DNA of 64,000 nucleotides from Escherichia coli (GTDB lineage Bacteria; Pseudomonadota; Gammaproteobacteria; Enterobacterales; Enterobacteriaceae): NCBI RefSeq assembly GCF_003334765.1, contig NZ_QOWT01000003.1; one strand, 5' to 3'. Shown piece by piece: positions 54,511 to 64,000 of this stretch (position 1 is its first letter; each line of letters starts with the position of its first letter). The notes under the pieces were generated by a model. It saw only the letters and a program-made list of their open reading frames with translations, ran no database searches and was not told where the DNA came from. The position numbers and the translations under genes were made by a program.

Positions 54511-56757
54511 ATGCTCACTCGCCTGCGCGAAATAGTCGAAAAGGTAGCCAGCGCACCACGCCTGAATGAGGCGTTAAATATTCTGGTTACCGACATCTGT
54601 CTTGCGATGGATACCGAGGTCTGTTCGGTCTACCTGGCCGATCATGATCGACGTTGTTACTACCTGATGGCGACCCGGGGGCTGAAAAAACCACGCGGTC
54701 GCACTGTAACGCTCGCGTTTGATGAAGGGATCGTCGGCCTGGTTGGCAGGCTGGCGGAACCGATAAACCTTGCAGATGCGCAAAAGCACCCCAGCTTCAA
54801 ATACATCCCCTCCGTAAAAGAAGAACGTTTCCGCGCGTTTTTAGGCGTACCAATTATTCAACGTCGCCAGTTGCTTGGTGTACTGGTGGTACAGCAACGA
54901 GAGTTGCGCCAGTATGACGAAAGTGAAGAATCCTTCCTGGTGACGCTTGCCACCCAGATGGCAGCTATTCTTTCTCAGTCGCAGTTGACTGCCTTGTTTG
55001 GGCAATATCGCCAGACGCGAATCCGCGCATTACCGGCAGCACCTGGTGTGGCGATTGCCGAAGGCTGGCAGGATGCCACGTTACCTTTAATGGAACAGGT
55101 GTATCAGGCATCAACGCTGGATCCGGCTCTGGAACGCGAACGACTGACCGGGGCGCTGGAAGAAGCGGCAAACGAGTTTCGCCGCTACAGCAAACGCTTT
55201 GCCGCCGGTGCACAAAAAGAAACGGCGGCTATTTTCGATCTTTACTCGCACCTGCTTTCGGACACCCGGCTGCGTCGCGAATTGTTTGCCGAGGTTGATA
55301 AAGGCTCGGTGGCAGAGTGGGCGGTAAAAACGGTCATTGAAAAATTTGCCGAACAGTTTGCCGCGCTAAGTGATAACTATCTCAAAGAGCGGGCTGGCGA
55401 TTTACGTGCGCTGGGTCAGCGATTGCTGTTTCATCTTGATGACGCTAATCAAGGGCCGAACGCCTGGCCGGAACGTTTCATTCTGGTGGCAGATGAACTG
55501 TCAGCGACAACGCTTGCTGAGCTGCCCCAGGATCGCTTAGTCGGTGTTGTCGTGCGAGATGGCGCAGCCAACTCCCATGCTGCGATCATGGTACGTGCGC
55601 TGGGGATCCCTACCGTGATGGGCGCGGATATTCAGCCTTCGGTGCTGCATCGTAGGACGCTGATCGTTGATGGCTATCGCGGTGAATTGCTGGTCGATCC
55701 GGAGCCGGTACTGCTGCAAGAATATCAGCGGCTAATTAGTGAAGAGATTGAGCTTAGCCGTCTGGCGGAAGATGACGTCAATTTACCCGCGCAGTTAAAA
55801 AGCGGTGAGCGTATAAAAGTCATGCTCAATGCTGGTTTAAGCCCGGAACATGAAGAAAAACTGGGCAGCCGTATTGATGGCATCGGTCTTTATCGCACTG
55901 AAATCCCATTCATGCTGCAAAGTGGTTTCCCGTCGGAAGAAGAACAGGTGGCGCAGTATCAGGGGATGCTGCAAATGTTCAATGATAAACCCGTCACCTT
56001 GCGTACGCTGGATGTCGGAGCAGATAAGCAGCTGCCTTACATGCCGATCAGCGAAGAGAATCCATGCCTGGGTTGGCGTGGGATTCGCATTACGCTCGAT
56101 CAGCCGGAGATCTTCTTGATCCAGGTGCGGGCGATGCTGCGTGCTAATGCCGCTACGGGCAACCTGAATATTCTGTTGCCGATGGTCACAAGCCTCGATG
56201 AAGTTGATGAAGCACGCCGCCTGATTGAACGTGCCGGACGTGAAGTCGAGGAGATGATCGGTTACGAAATTCCCAAACCACGTATCGGCATCATGCTGGA
56301 AGTGCCGTCAATGGTATTTATGCTGCCGCATCTGGCAAAGCGGGTCGATTTCATCTCTGTTGGCACCAACGATCTGACTCAATACATTCTGGCCGTTGAT
56401 CGCAACAATACCCGGGTGGCGAACATTTATGACAGTCTTCATCCTGCAATGTTACGAGCTCTGGCGATGATCGCCCGGGAAGCGGAAATACATGGAATCG
56501 ATCTCCGTTTGTGCGGTGAAATGGCGGGCGATCCCATGTGCGTGGCAATCCTCATTGGGCTTGGGTATCGCCATCTGTCTATGAACGGACGTTCTGTAGC
56601 GCGGGCAAAATACCTGCTGCGGCGCATTGATTATGCCGAAGCAGAAAATCTTGCGCAGCGTAGTCTGGAAGCGCAACTGGCGACCGAAGTTCGCCATCAG
56701 GTTGCAGCCTTTATGGAGCGTCGCGGCATGGGCGGGCTGATTCGCGGAGGGTTATAG
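54511..56757 (+). CDS. ptsP: phosphoenolpyruvate-protein phosphotransferase EI-Ntr
   Basis: 748 aa; N-terminal GAF-like domain and C-terminal enzyme I PEP-utilising domain; 12 nt after rppH. Confidence 0.95.
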   Translation: MLTRLREIVEKVASAPRLNEALNILVTDICLAMDTEVCSVYLADHDRRCYYLMATRGLKKPRGRTVTLAFDEGIVGLVGRLAEPINLADAQKHPSFKYIPSVKEERFRAFLGVPIIQRRQLLGVLVVQQRELRQYDESEESFLVTLATQMAAILSQSQLTALFGQYRQTRIRALPAAPGVAIAEGWQDATLPLMEQVYQASTLDPALERERLTGALEEAANEFRRYSKRFAAGAQKETAAIFDLYSHLLSDTRLRRELFAEVDKGSVAEWAVKTVIEKFAEQFAALSDNYLKERAGDLRALGQRLLFHLDDANQGPNAWPERFILVADELSATTLAELPQDRLVGVVVRDGAANSHAAIMVRALGIPTVMGADIQPSVLHRRTLIVDGYRGELLVDPEPVLLQEYQRLISEEIELSRLAEDDVNLPAQLKSGERIKVMLNAGLSPEHEEKLGSRIDGIGLYRTEIPFMLQSGFPSEEEQVAQYQGMLQMFNDKPVTLRTLDVGADKQLPYMPISEENPCLGWRGIRITLDQPEIFLIQVRAMLRANAATGNLNILLPMVTSLDEVDEARRLIERAGREVEEMIGYEIPKPRIGIMLEVPSMVFMLPHLAKRVDFISVGTNDLTQYILAVDRNNTRVANIYDSLHPAMLRALAMIAREAEIHGIDLRLCGEMAGDPMCVAILIGLGYRHLSMNGRSVARAKYLLRRIDYAEAENLAQRSLEAQLATEVRHQVAAFMERRGMGGLIRGGL

Positions 56758-56907
56758 CGCGGATCATATACATATCTTTTAACGGTATCCGGCAACCAGC
56801 CAGGTCCCCTTGTGCTATTATTCGCACCTTTGGAGCGCCTGAAACCTGCGGCGCGCATTTCAATCGCTGTTCTCTTTCAGCGAAATAACAAGAACTTGTG
56901 GTGACAG

Positions 56908-57783
56908 ATGACCAGTAGCTATCTGCATTTTCCGGAGTTTGATCCGGTCATTTTCTCAATAGGACCCGTGGCGCTTCACTGGTACGGCCTGATGTATCTG
57001 GTGGGTTTCATTTTTGCAATGTGGCTGGCAACACGACGGGCGAATCGTCCGGGCAGCGGCTGGACCAAAAATGAAGTTGAAAACTTACTCTATGCGGGCT
57101 TCCTCGGCGTCTTCCTCGGGGGACGTATTGGTTATGTTCTGTTCTACAATTTCCCGCAGTTTATGGCCGATCCGCTGTATCTGTTCCGTGTCTGGGACGG
57201 CGGCATGTCTTTCCACGGCGGCCTGATTGGCGTTATCGTGGTGATGATTATCTTCGCCCGCCGTACTAAACGTTCCTTCTTCCAGGTCTCTGATTTTATC
57301 GCACCACTCATTCCGTTTGGTCTTGGTGCCGGGCGTCTGGGCAACTTTATTAACGGTGAATTGTGGGGCCGCGTTGACCCGAACTTCCCGTTTGCCATGC
57401 TGTTCCCTGGCTCCCGTACAGAAGATATTTTGCTGCTGCAAACCAACCCGCAGTGGCAATCCATTTTCGACACTTACGGTGTGCTGCCGCGCCACCCATC
57501 ACAGCTTTACGAGCTGCTGCTGGAAGGTGTGGTGCTGTTTATTATCCTCAACCTGTATATTCGTAAACCACGCCCAATGGGAGCTGTCTCAGGTTTGTTC
57601 CTGATTGGTTACGGCGCGTTTCGCATCATTGTTGAGTTTTTCCGCCAGCCCGACGCGCAGTTTACCGGTGCCTGGGTGCAGTACATCAGCATGGGGCAAA
57701 TTCTTTCCATCCCGATGATTGTCGCGGGTGTGATCATGATGGTCTGGGCATATCGTCGCAGCCCACAGCAACACGTTTCCTGA
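56908..57783 (+). CDS. lgt: prolipoprotein diacylglyceryl transferase
   Basis: 291-aa membrane protein matching Lgt. Confidence 0.95.
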
Positions 57784-57789
57784 GGAACC

Positions 57790-58584
57790 ATGAAACAGTA
57801 TTTAGAACTGATGCAAAAAGTGCTCGACGAAGGCACACAGAAAAACGACCGTACCGGAACCGGAACGCTTTCCATTTTTGGTCATCAGATGCGTTTTAAC
57901 CTGCAAGATGGATTCCCGCTGGTGACAACTAAACGTTGCCACCTGCGTTCCATCATCCATGAACTGCTGTGGTTTCTGCAGGGCGACACTAACATTGCTT
58001 ATCTACACGAAAACAATGTCACCATCTGGGACGAATGGGCCGATGAAAACGGCGACCTCGGGCCAGTGTATGGTAAACAGTGGCGCGCCTGGCCAACGCC
58101 AGATGGTCGTCATATTGACCAGATCACTACGGTACTGAACCAGCTGAAAAACGACCCGGATTCGCGCCGCATTATTGTTTCAGCGTGGAACGTAGGCGAA
58201 CTGGATAAAATGGCGCTGGCACCGTGCCATGCATTCTTCCAGTTCTATGTGGCAGACGGCAAACTCTCTTGCCAGCTTTATCAGCGCTCCTGTGACGTCT
58301 TCCTCGGCCTGCCGTTCAACATTGCCAGCTACGCGTTATTGGTGCATATGATGGCGCAGCAGTGCGATCTGGAAGTGGGTGATTTTGTCTGGACCGGTGG
58401 CGACACGCATCTGTACAGCAACCATATGGATCAAACTCATCTGCAATTAAGCCGCGAACCGCGTCCGCTGCCGAAGTTGATTATCAAACGTAAACCCGAA
58501 TCCATCTTCGACTACCGTTTCGAAGACTTTGAGATTGAAGGCTACGATCCGCATCCGGGCATTAAAGCGCCGGTGGCTATCTAA
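57790..58584 (+). CDS. thyA: thymidylate synthase
   Basis: 264 aa matching ThyA; starts 6 nt after lgt. Confidence 0.97.
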
Positions 58585-58605
58585 TTACGAAACATCCTGC
58601 CAGAG

Positions 58606-58632
58606 CCGACGCCAGTGTGCGTCGGTTTTTTT
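58606..58632 (+). terminator. rho-independent terminator after thyA
   Basis: Hairpin ccgacgc cagtgt gcgtcgg followed by T7. Confidence 0.75.
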
Positions 58633-58767
58633 ACCCTCCGTTAAATTCTTCGAGACGCCTTCCCGAAATTTTGCAACGTCCTGCAACGGCGTAAATAGTC
58701 CGGAAGATGCGCCGAAGAAATAGAAACTGGCCCTCGTCTTTTTTTCTCCTCGCTCCATACTGCCGGC

Positions 58768-59238
58768 ATGAAAACACAACGTGGTTATACGCTGATTGAA
58801 ACGCTGGTCGCGATGCTGATTTTGGTCACGCTAAGCGCAAGTGGACTCTATGGCTGGCAATACTGGCAGCAGTCGCAACGGCTATGGCAAACCGCCAGCC
58901 AGGCGCGGGACTATTTGCTCTATTTACGTGAAGATGCCAACTGGCATAACCGCGACCACAGTATCAGCGTTATCAGGGAGGGGACGTTATGGTGCCTTGT
59001 GAGTTCCGCTGCTGGGGCCAATACCTGTCATGGCAGTTCACCATTGGTCTTTGTGCCACGCTGGCCCGAAGTCGAAATGAGCGACCTGACACCTTCGCTT
59101 GCTTTCTTTGGCCTGCGCAATACCGCATGGGCCGGGCATATTCGCTTCAAAAACTCAACGGGCGAGTGGTGGCTGGTGGTTTCGCCGTGGGGAAGACTCC
59201 GGCTTTGTCAGCAAGGAGAAACAGAAGGATGCCTGTAA
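58768..59238 (+). CDS. ppdA: prepilin peptidase-dependent protein A (pseudopilin-like)
   Basis: 156 aa; N-terminal prepilin-type methylation motif ([12 protein letters not shown]). Confidence 0.9.
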   Translation: MKTQRGYTLIETLVAMLILVTLSASGLYGWQYWQQSQRLWQTASQARDYLLYLREDANWHNRDHSISVIREGTLWCLVSSAAGANTCHGSSPLVFVPRWPEVEMSDLTPSLAFFGLRNTAWAGHIRFKNSTGEWWLVVSPWGRLRLCQQGETEGCL

Positions 59239-59792
59239 AAGAGCAAGGTTTTTCTCTGCTGGAAGTGTTGATTGCTATGGCGATCAGTAGCGTATTGTTG
59301 CTGGGGGCGGCACGCTTTCTGCCTGCGTTACAGCGTGAAAGTTTAACGAGCACCCGTAAGCTGGCGCTGGAAGATGAAATCTGGCTGCGGGTATTTACCG
59401 TCGCGAAGCATCTCCAGAGGGCGGGTTATTGTCATGGCATCTGTACCGGCGAAGGGCTGGAAATTGTCGGACAGGGTGACTGTGTCATTGTGCAGTGGGA
59501 TGCGAACAGTAACGGTATCTGGGATCGCGAACCGGTAAAAGAGTCCGACCAGATTGGATTTCGTCTGAAGGAGCATGTGCTGGAAACGCTACGCGGTGCG
59601 ACATCCTGTGAAGGTAAGGGCTGGGATAAAGTCACTAATCCGGATGCCATCATTATCGACACTTTTCAGGTCGTACGTCAGGATGTCAGCGGCTTCTCGC
59701 CGGTGTTGACGGTTAATATGCGTGCTGCCAGTAAGTCTGAACCGCAAACCGTGGTGAATGCCAGCTATAGCGTGACAGGATTCAACCTGTGA
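59229..59792 (+). CDS. ppdB: prepilin peptidase-dependent protein B
   Basis: ATG at 59229 gives 187 aa starting [18 protein letters not shown] (ORF track start 58989 is an upstream artefact overlapping ppdA). Confidence 0.88.
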   Translation: MPVKEQGFSLLEVLIAMAISSVLLLGAARFLPALQRESLTSTRKLALEDEIWLRVFTVAKHLQRAGYCHGICTGEGLEIVGQGDCVIVQWDANSNGIWDREPVKESDQIGFRLKEHVLETLRGATSCEGKGWDKVTNPDAIIIDTFQVVRQDVSGFSPVLTVNMRAASKSEPQTVVNASYSVTGFNL

Positions 59793-60196
59793 ACCGCGAA
59801 AAGGGTGTTTCGTCACTGGCTCTGGTCCTGATGCTGCTGGTTTTGGGTAGTTTGCTATTACAAGGAATGAGCCAACAGGATCGCAGTTTTGCCTCTCGCG
59901 TGAGCATGGAAAGTCAGTCATTGCGCCGCCAGGCCATCGTTCAGTCGGCGCTGGCGTGGGGAAAAATGCACTCCTGGCAGACGCAGCCAGCAGTTCAGTG
60001 CTCGCAGTACGCTGAAACCGATGCCCAGGTTTGTTTGCGTTTACTGGCAGATAATGAAGCCTTATTGATTGCCGGTTATGAAGGCGTTTCGTTGTGGCGA
60101 ACAGGCGAAGTCATTGATGGAAACATTGTTTTTTCGCCACGCGGCTGGAGCGATTTTTGTCCGCTGAAAGAGAGGGCGTTATATCAGCTTCCCTGA
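59789..60196 (+). CDS. ygdB: YgdB (DUF2509; pilin-like hydrophobic N-terminus)
   Basis: 135 aa; overlaps the ppdB stop by 4 nt. Confidence 0.85.
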   Translation: MNREKGVSSLALVLMLLVLGSLLLQGMSQQDRSFASRVSMESQSLRRQAIVQSALAWGKMHSWQTQPAVQCSQYAETDAQVCLRLLADNEALLIAGYEGVSLWRTGEVIDGNIVFSPRGWSDFCPLKERALYQLP

Positions 60197-60504
60197 AGAA
60201 TCAACAAGGCTTTAGCCTGCCGGAGGTAATGTTGGCGATGGTGTTGATGGTGATGATTGTCACTGCGTTATCGGGTTTCCAGCGAACATTAATGAACAGT
60301 CTTGCCAGCAGAAACCAGTACCAACAGCTCTGGCGGCATGGCTGGCAGCAAACGCAACTGCGCGCGATTTCGCCACCTGCCAACTGGCAGGTCAACCGAA
60401 TGCAGACATCGCAGGCGGGATGTGTCAGCATCAGCGTTACGCTAGTTTCACCCGGGGGCAGAGAAGGCGAGATGACCCGCCTGCATTGCCCGAATCGTCA
60501 GTAG
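60157..60504 (+). CDS. ppdC: prepilin peptidase-dependent protein C
   Basis: Prepilin-type motif [18 protein letters not shown]; exact start uncertain (track uses a TTG at 60157 overlapping the ygdB 3' end). Confidence 0.8.
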   Translation: MSAEREGVISASLKNQQGFSLPEVMLAMVLMVMIVTALSGFQRTLMNSLASRNQYQQLWRHGWQQTQLRAISPPANWQVNRMQTSQAGCVSISVTLVSPGGREGEMTRLHCPNRQ

Positions 60505-60516
60505 TCAGGAGCCGCT

Positions 60517-63500
60517 ATGTTAAGGGTCTACCATTCCAATCGTCTGGACGTGCTGGAAGCGTTGATGGAGTTTATTGTCGAACGCGAACGGCTGGACGAT
60601 CCTTTCGAACCAGAGATGATTCTGGTGCAAAGTACCGGTATGGCACAGTGGCTGCAAATGACCCTGTCGCAAAAGTTTGGTATTGCGGCAAACATTGATT
60701 TTCCGCTGCCAGCGAGCTTTATCTGGGATATGTTCGTCCGGGTGTTACCGGAAATCCCCAAAGAGAGCGCCTTTAACAAACAGAGCATGAGCTGGAAACT
60801 GATGACTCTGCTGCCGCAATTGCTGGAGCGCGAAGACTTTACCCTGTTGCGGCATTATCTGACTGACGATAGCGACAAGCGAAAACTGTTCCAGCTTTCC
60901 TCAAAAGCGGCGGACCTGTTTGACCAGTATCTGGTCTATCGTCCGGACTGGCTGGCACAGTGGGAAACAGGACATTTGGTTGAAGGGCTGGGAGAAGCAC
61001 AGGCCTGGCAAGCCCCGTTGTGGAAGGCGCTGGTGGAATATACCCATCAACTCGGGCAACCGCGCTGGCACCGCGCCAATCTCTATCAGCGCTTTATCGA
61101 AACGCTGGAGTCCGCGACGACCTGCCCGCCGGGGTTACCTTCGCGCGTCTTTATATGCGGTATTTCCGCGTTACCGCCTGTTTATCTCCAGGCGCTACAG
61201 GCGCTGGGTAAACATATTGAAATCCATCTCCTGTTTACCAACCCCTGCCGTTATTACTGGGGCGATATTAAAGATCCTGCTTATCTGGCGAAACTGCTGA
61301 CCCGTCAGCGTCGACACAGTTTTGAAGATCGCGAATTGCCGCTATTTCGTGATAGCGAAAATGCCGGGCAGCTCTTTAACAGCGATGGTGAACAGGATGT
61401 CGGCAACCCGCTGCTGGCTTCATGGGGTAAGCTTGGGCGCGACTACATTTATCTCCTTTCTGACCTGGAGAGCAGCCAGGAGCTGGACGCCTTTGTCGAT
61501 GTCACGCCAGATAACCTGCTGCATAACATTCAGTCTGACATTCTGGAACTGGAAAACCGCGCCGTTGCTGGTGTGAACATCGAAGAGTTTTCCCGTAGCG
61601 ATAACAAACGCCCGCTTGATCCACTGGATAGCAGTATCACCTTCCACGTTTGCCATAGCCCGCAGCGTGAAGTTGAAGTTTTACACGATCGCCTGCTGGC
61701 GATGCTGGAGGAAGACCCGACACTTACTCCGCGCGACATCATCGTGATGGTGGCTGATATCGACAGCTACAGTCCGTTTATTCAGGCTGTGTTTGGTAGC
61801 GCACCTGCGGATCGTTACCTACCTTACGCCATTTCCGACCGTCGTGCGCGGCAGTCACATCCGGTACTGGAAGCGTTTATCAGCCTGTTATCACTGCCTG
61901 ACAGTCGTTTTGTGTCAGAGGATGTGCTGGCGTTGCTGGATGTGCCGGTGCTGGCGGCGCGGTTTGACATCACCGAAGAAGGGCTGCGTTATTTACGCCA
62001 GTGGGTCAACGAATCCGGCATTCGTTGGGGCATAGATGACGACAACGTTCGCGAGCTGGAACTCCCCGCCACCGGACAACACACCTGGCGATTTGGCCTG
62101 ACGCGTATGTTGTTGGGCTACGCGATGGAGAGCGCGCAGGGCGAGTGGCAATCGGTTCTACCTTATGATGAATCGAGCGGCTTAATTGCAGAACTGGTGG
62201 GGCATCTGGCTTCACTGCTAATGCAGCTAAACATCTGGCGTCGCGGGCTGGCACAGGAGCGTCCGCTGGAAGAGTGGTTGCCGGTTTGTCGCGATATGCT
62301 CAACGCCTTCTTCCTGCCGGATGCGGAAACCGAAGCGGCGATGACGCTGATCGAACAACAATGGCAGGCGATTATCGCCGAAGGTTTAGGTGCGCAGTAT
62401 GGCGACGCGGTGCCGCTGTCACTATTGCGTGATGAACTGGCACAGCGTCTGGATCAAGAACGTATCAGCCAGCGTTTTCTCGCCGGACCGGTTAACATTT
62501 GTACTCTGATGCCAATGCGTTCAATTCCGTTCAAAGTGGTTTGCCTGCTGGGAATGAACGACGGCGTTTATCCACGTCAGCTTGCGCCATTGGGCTTTGA
62601 CCTGATGAGCCAGAAACCGAAGCGTGGCGACCGTAGCCGTCGCGATGACGACCGCTATCTGTTCCTGGAAGCGTTAATTTCCGCGCAGCAAAAACTCTAT
62701 ATCAGCTATATCGGTCGTTCCATTCAGGATAACAGTGAGCGTTTCCCGTCGGTACTGGTGCAGGAACTGATCGACTACATCGGGCAAAGTCATTATCTAC
62801 CGGGCGATGAAGCGCTCAACTGTGATGAAAGCGAGGCAAGGGTAAAAGCGCATCTTACTTGCCTCCATACCCGGATGCCGTTTGATCCACAAAACTACCA
62901 GCCAGGCGAACGACAAAGCTATGCTCGTGAATGGCTACCTGCGGCCAGCCAGGCTGGTAAAGCACATTCTGAATTTGTTCAGCCGCTGCCGTTTACCTTA
63001 CCGGAAACCGTGCCGCTGGAAACGCTACAACGATTCTGGGCACATCCGGTGCGGGCATTTTTCCAGATGCGTTTGCAGGTGAACTTCCGTACTGAAGACA
63101 GCGAAATCCCCGACACCGAGCCATTTATTCTGGAAGGACTTAGCCGTTATCAAATCAATCAGCAGTTATTGAATGCACTGGTTGAGCAGGATGATGCCGA
63201 ACGCTTGTTCCGCCGCTTCCGAGCGGCAGGGGATTTACCGTATGGCGCTTTTGGTGAAATTTTCTGGGAAACACAGTGCCAGGAGATGCAGCAGCTTGCC
63301 GACAGAGTCATTGCCTGTCGCCAGCCGGGGCAGAGTATGGAAATTGATCTCGCCTGCAACGGTGTGCAGATAACTGGCTGGTTGCCGCAGGTGCAGCCGG
63401 ATGGCCTGTTGCGCTGGCGTCCCTCTTTATTAAGTGTGGCCCAGGGAATGCAACTTTGGCTGGAACACCTTGTCTACTGTGCCAGCGGTGGTAATGGTGA

Positions 63501-63885
63501 AAGTCGCCTTTTTCTACGCAAAGACGGCGAGTGGCGTTTTCCGCCGCTTGCAGCCGAACAGGCTTTGCATTACCTCTCACAACTGATTGAGGGGTATCGT
63601 GAAGGAATGTCCGCGCCATTGCTGGTGTTACCTGAAAGTGGCGGCGCGTGGCTAAAAACCTGTTATGACGCGCAAAACGATGCCATGCTGGATGACGATT
63701 CCACGTTGCAAAAAGCCCGTACGAAATTCCTTCAGGCTTACGAAGGCAACATGATGGTGCGTGGCGAAGGTGATGATATCTGGTATCAAAGGCTCTGGCG
63801 GCAATTAACACCAGAGACAATGGAGGCCATCGTTGAACAGTCGCAACGTTTCCTGTTACCGCTGTTTCGCTTTAATCAGTCATGA
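60517..63885 (+). CDS. recC: exodeoxyribonuclease V gamma subunit RecC
   Basis: 1122-aa ORF matching RecC N-terminus (MLRVYHSNRLDVLEALMEF). Confidence 0.97.
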   Translation: MLRVYHSNRLDVLEALMEFIVERERLDDPFEPEMILVQSTGMAQWLQMTLSQKFGIAANIDFPLPASFIWDMFVRVLPEIPKESAFNKQSMSWKLMTLLPQLLEREDFTLLRHYLTDDSDKRKLFQLSSKAADLFDQYLVYRPDWLAQWETGHLVEGLGEAQAWQAPLWKALVEYTHQLGQPRWHRANLYQRFIETLESATTCPPGLPSRVFICGISALPPVYLQALQALGKHIEIHLLFTNPCRYYWGDIKDPAYLAKLLTRQRRHSFEDRELPLFRDSENAGQLFNSDGEQDVGNPLLASWGKLGRDYIYLLSDLESSQELDAFVDVTPDNLLHNIQSDILELENRAVAGVNIEEFSRSDNKRPLDPLDSSITFHVCHSPQREVEVLHDRLLAMLEEDPTLTPRDIIVMVADIDSYSPFIQAVFGSAPADRYLPYAISDRRARQSHPVLEAFISLLSLPDSRFVSEDVLALLDVPVLAARFDITEEGLRYLRQWVNESGIRWGIDDDNVRELELPATGQHTWRFGLTRMLLGYAMESAQGEWQSVLPYDESSGLIAELVGHLASLLMQLNIWRRGLAQERPLEEWLPVCRDMLNAFFLPDAETEAAMTLIEQQWQAIIAEGLGAQYGDAVPLSLLRDELAQRLDQERISQRFLAGPVNICTLMPMRSIPFKVVCLLGMNDGVYPRQLAPLGFDLMSQKPKRGDRSRRDDDRYLFLEALISAQQKLYISYIGRSIQDNSERFPSVLVQELIDYIGQSHYLPGDEALNCDESEARVKAHLTCLHTRMPFDPQNYQPGERQSYAREWLPAASQAGKAHSEFVQPLPFTLPETVPLETLQRFWAHPVRAFFQMRLQVNFRTEDSEIPDTEPFILEGLSRYQINQQLLNALVEQDDAERLFRRFRAAGDLPYGAFGEIFWETQCQEMQQLADRVIACRQPGQSMEIDLACNGVQITGWLPQVQPDGLLRWRPSLLSVAQGMQLWLEHLVYCASGGNGESRLFLRKDGEWRFPPLAAEQALHYLSQLIEGYREGMSAPLLVLPESGGAWLKTCYDAQNDAMLDDDSTLQKARTKFLQAYEGNMMVRGEGDDIWYQRLWRQLTPETMEAIVEQSQRFLLPLFRFNQS

Positions 63886-64000
63886 GTGCTGTATAAAAAT
63901 TGCGCAATCTATCCGCTTACTTTATGATGCGCACCAGTCACGGACTGATGGTTATATAAACATAGGCTGACTCGTGCAGCACAAGATTAAATTCTGGCAG

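Overview
This window is an Escherichia coli chromosomal segment that I recognise from recall of K-12 proteins (not a database search), in reverse orientation relative to K-12 numbering: mocA/yqeC/yqeB, the ygeW-ygeX-ygeY-hyuA-yqeA operon, the sigma54 activator ygeV, xdhABC, ygeR and tRNA-Gly glyU, then a roughly 20 kb visibly AT-rich island, then yqeF, kduI-kduD, araE, ygeA, lysR-lysA, galR, the tandem sRNAs OmrB/OmrA, aas-lplT, tas, ygdR, ygdQ, mutH, rppH-ptsP, lgt-thyA, ppdA-ppdB-ygdB-ppdC and recC. The island next to glyU is the known ETT2 (E. coli type III secretion system 2) remnant, in a degenerate form. Needle and basal-body genes (eprHIJK) and export-apparatus genes (epaOPQR) are full length, but epaS carries a -1 frameshift, ygeQ and ygeK each carry an in-frame stop, the orgA-like gene looks frameshifted, and the whole eiv gene block (ATPase, export gate, secretin) is absent. 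I found no CRISPR array, IS element or prophage, and no convincing evidence of an undescribed system; everything maps to described E. coli loci. The most checkable new-looking observations are a near-consensus sigma54 promoter upstream of xdhA, the exact pseudogene lesions in ETT2, and a possible ToxR/ToxS-like pair (yqeI/yqeJ). CDS coordinates come from the supplied ORF track (stop codon included), with starts adjusted where a downstream start fits the known protein length.
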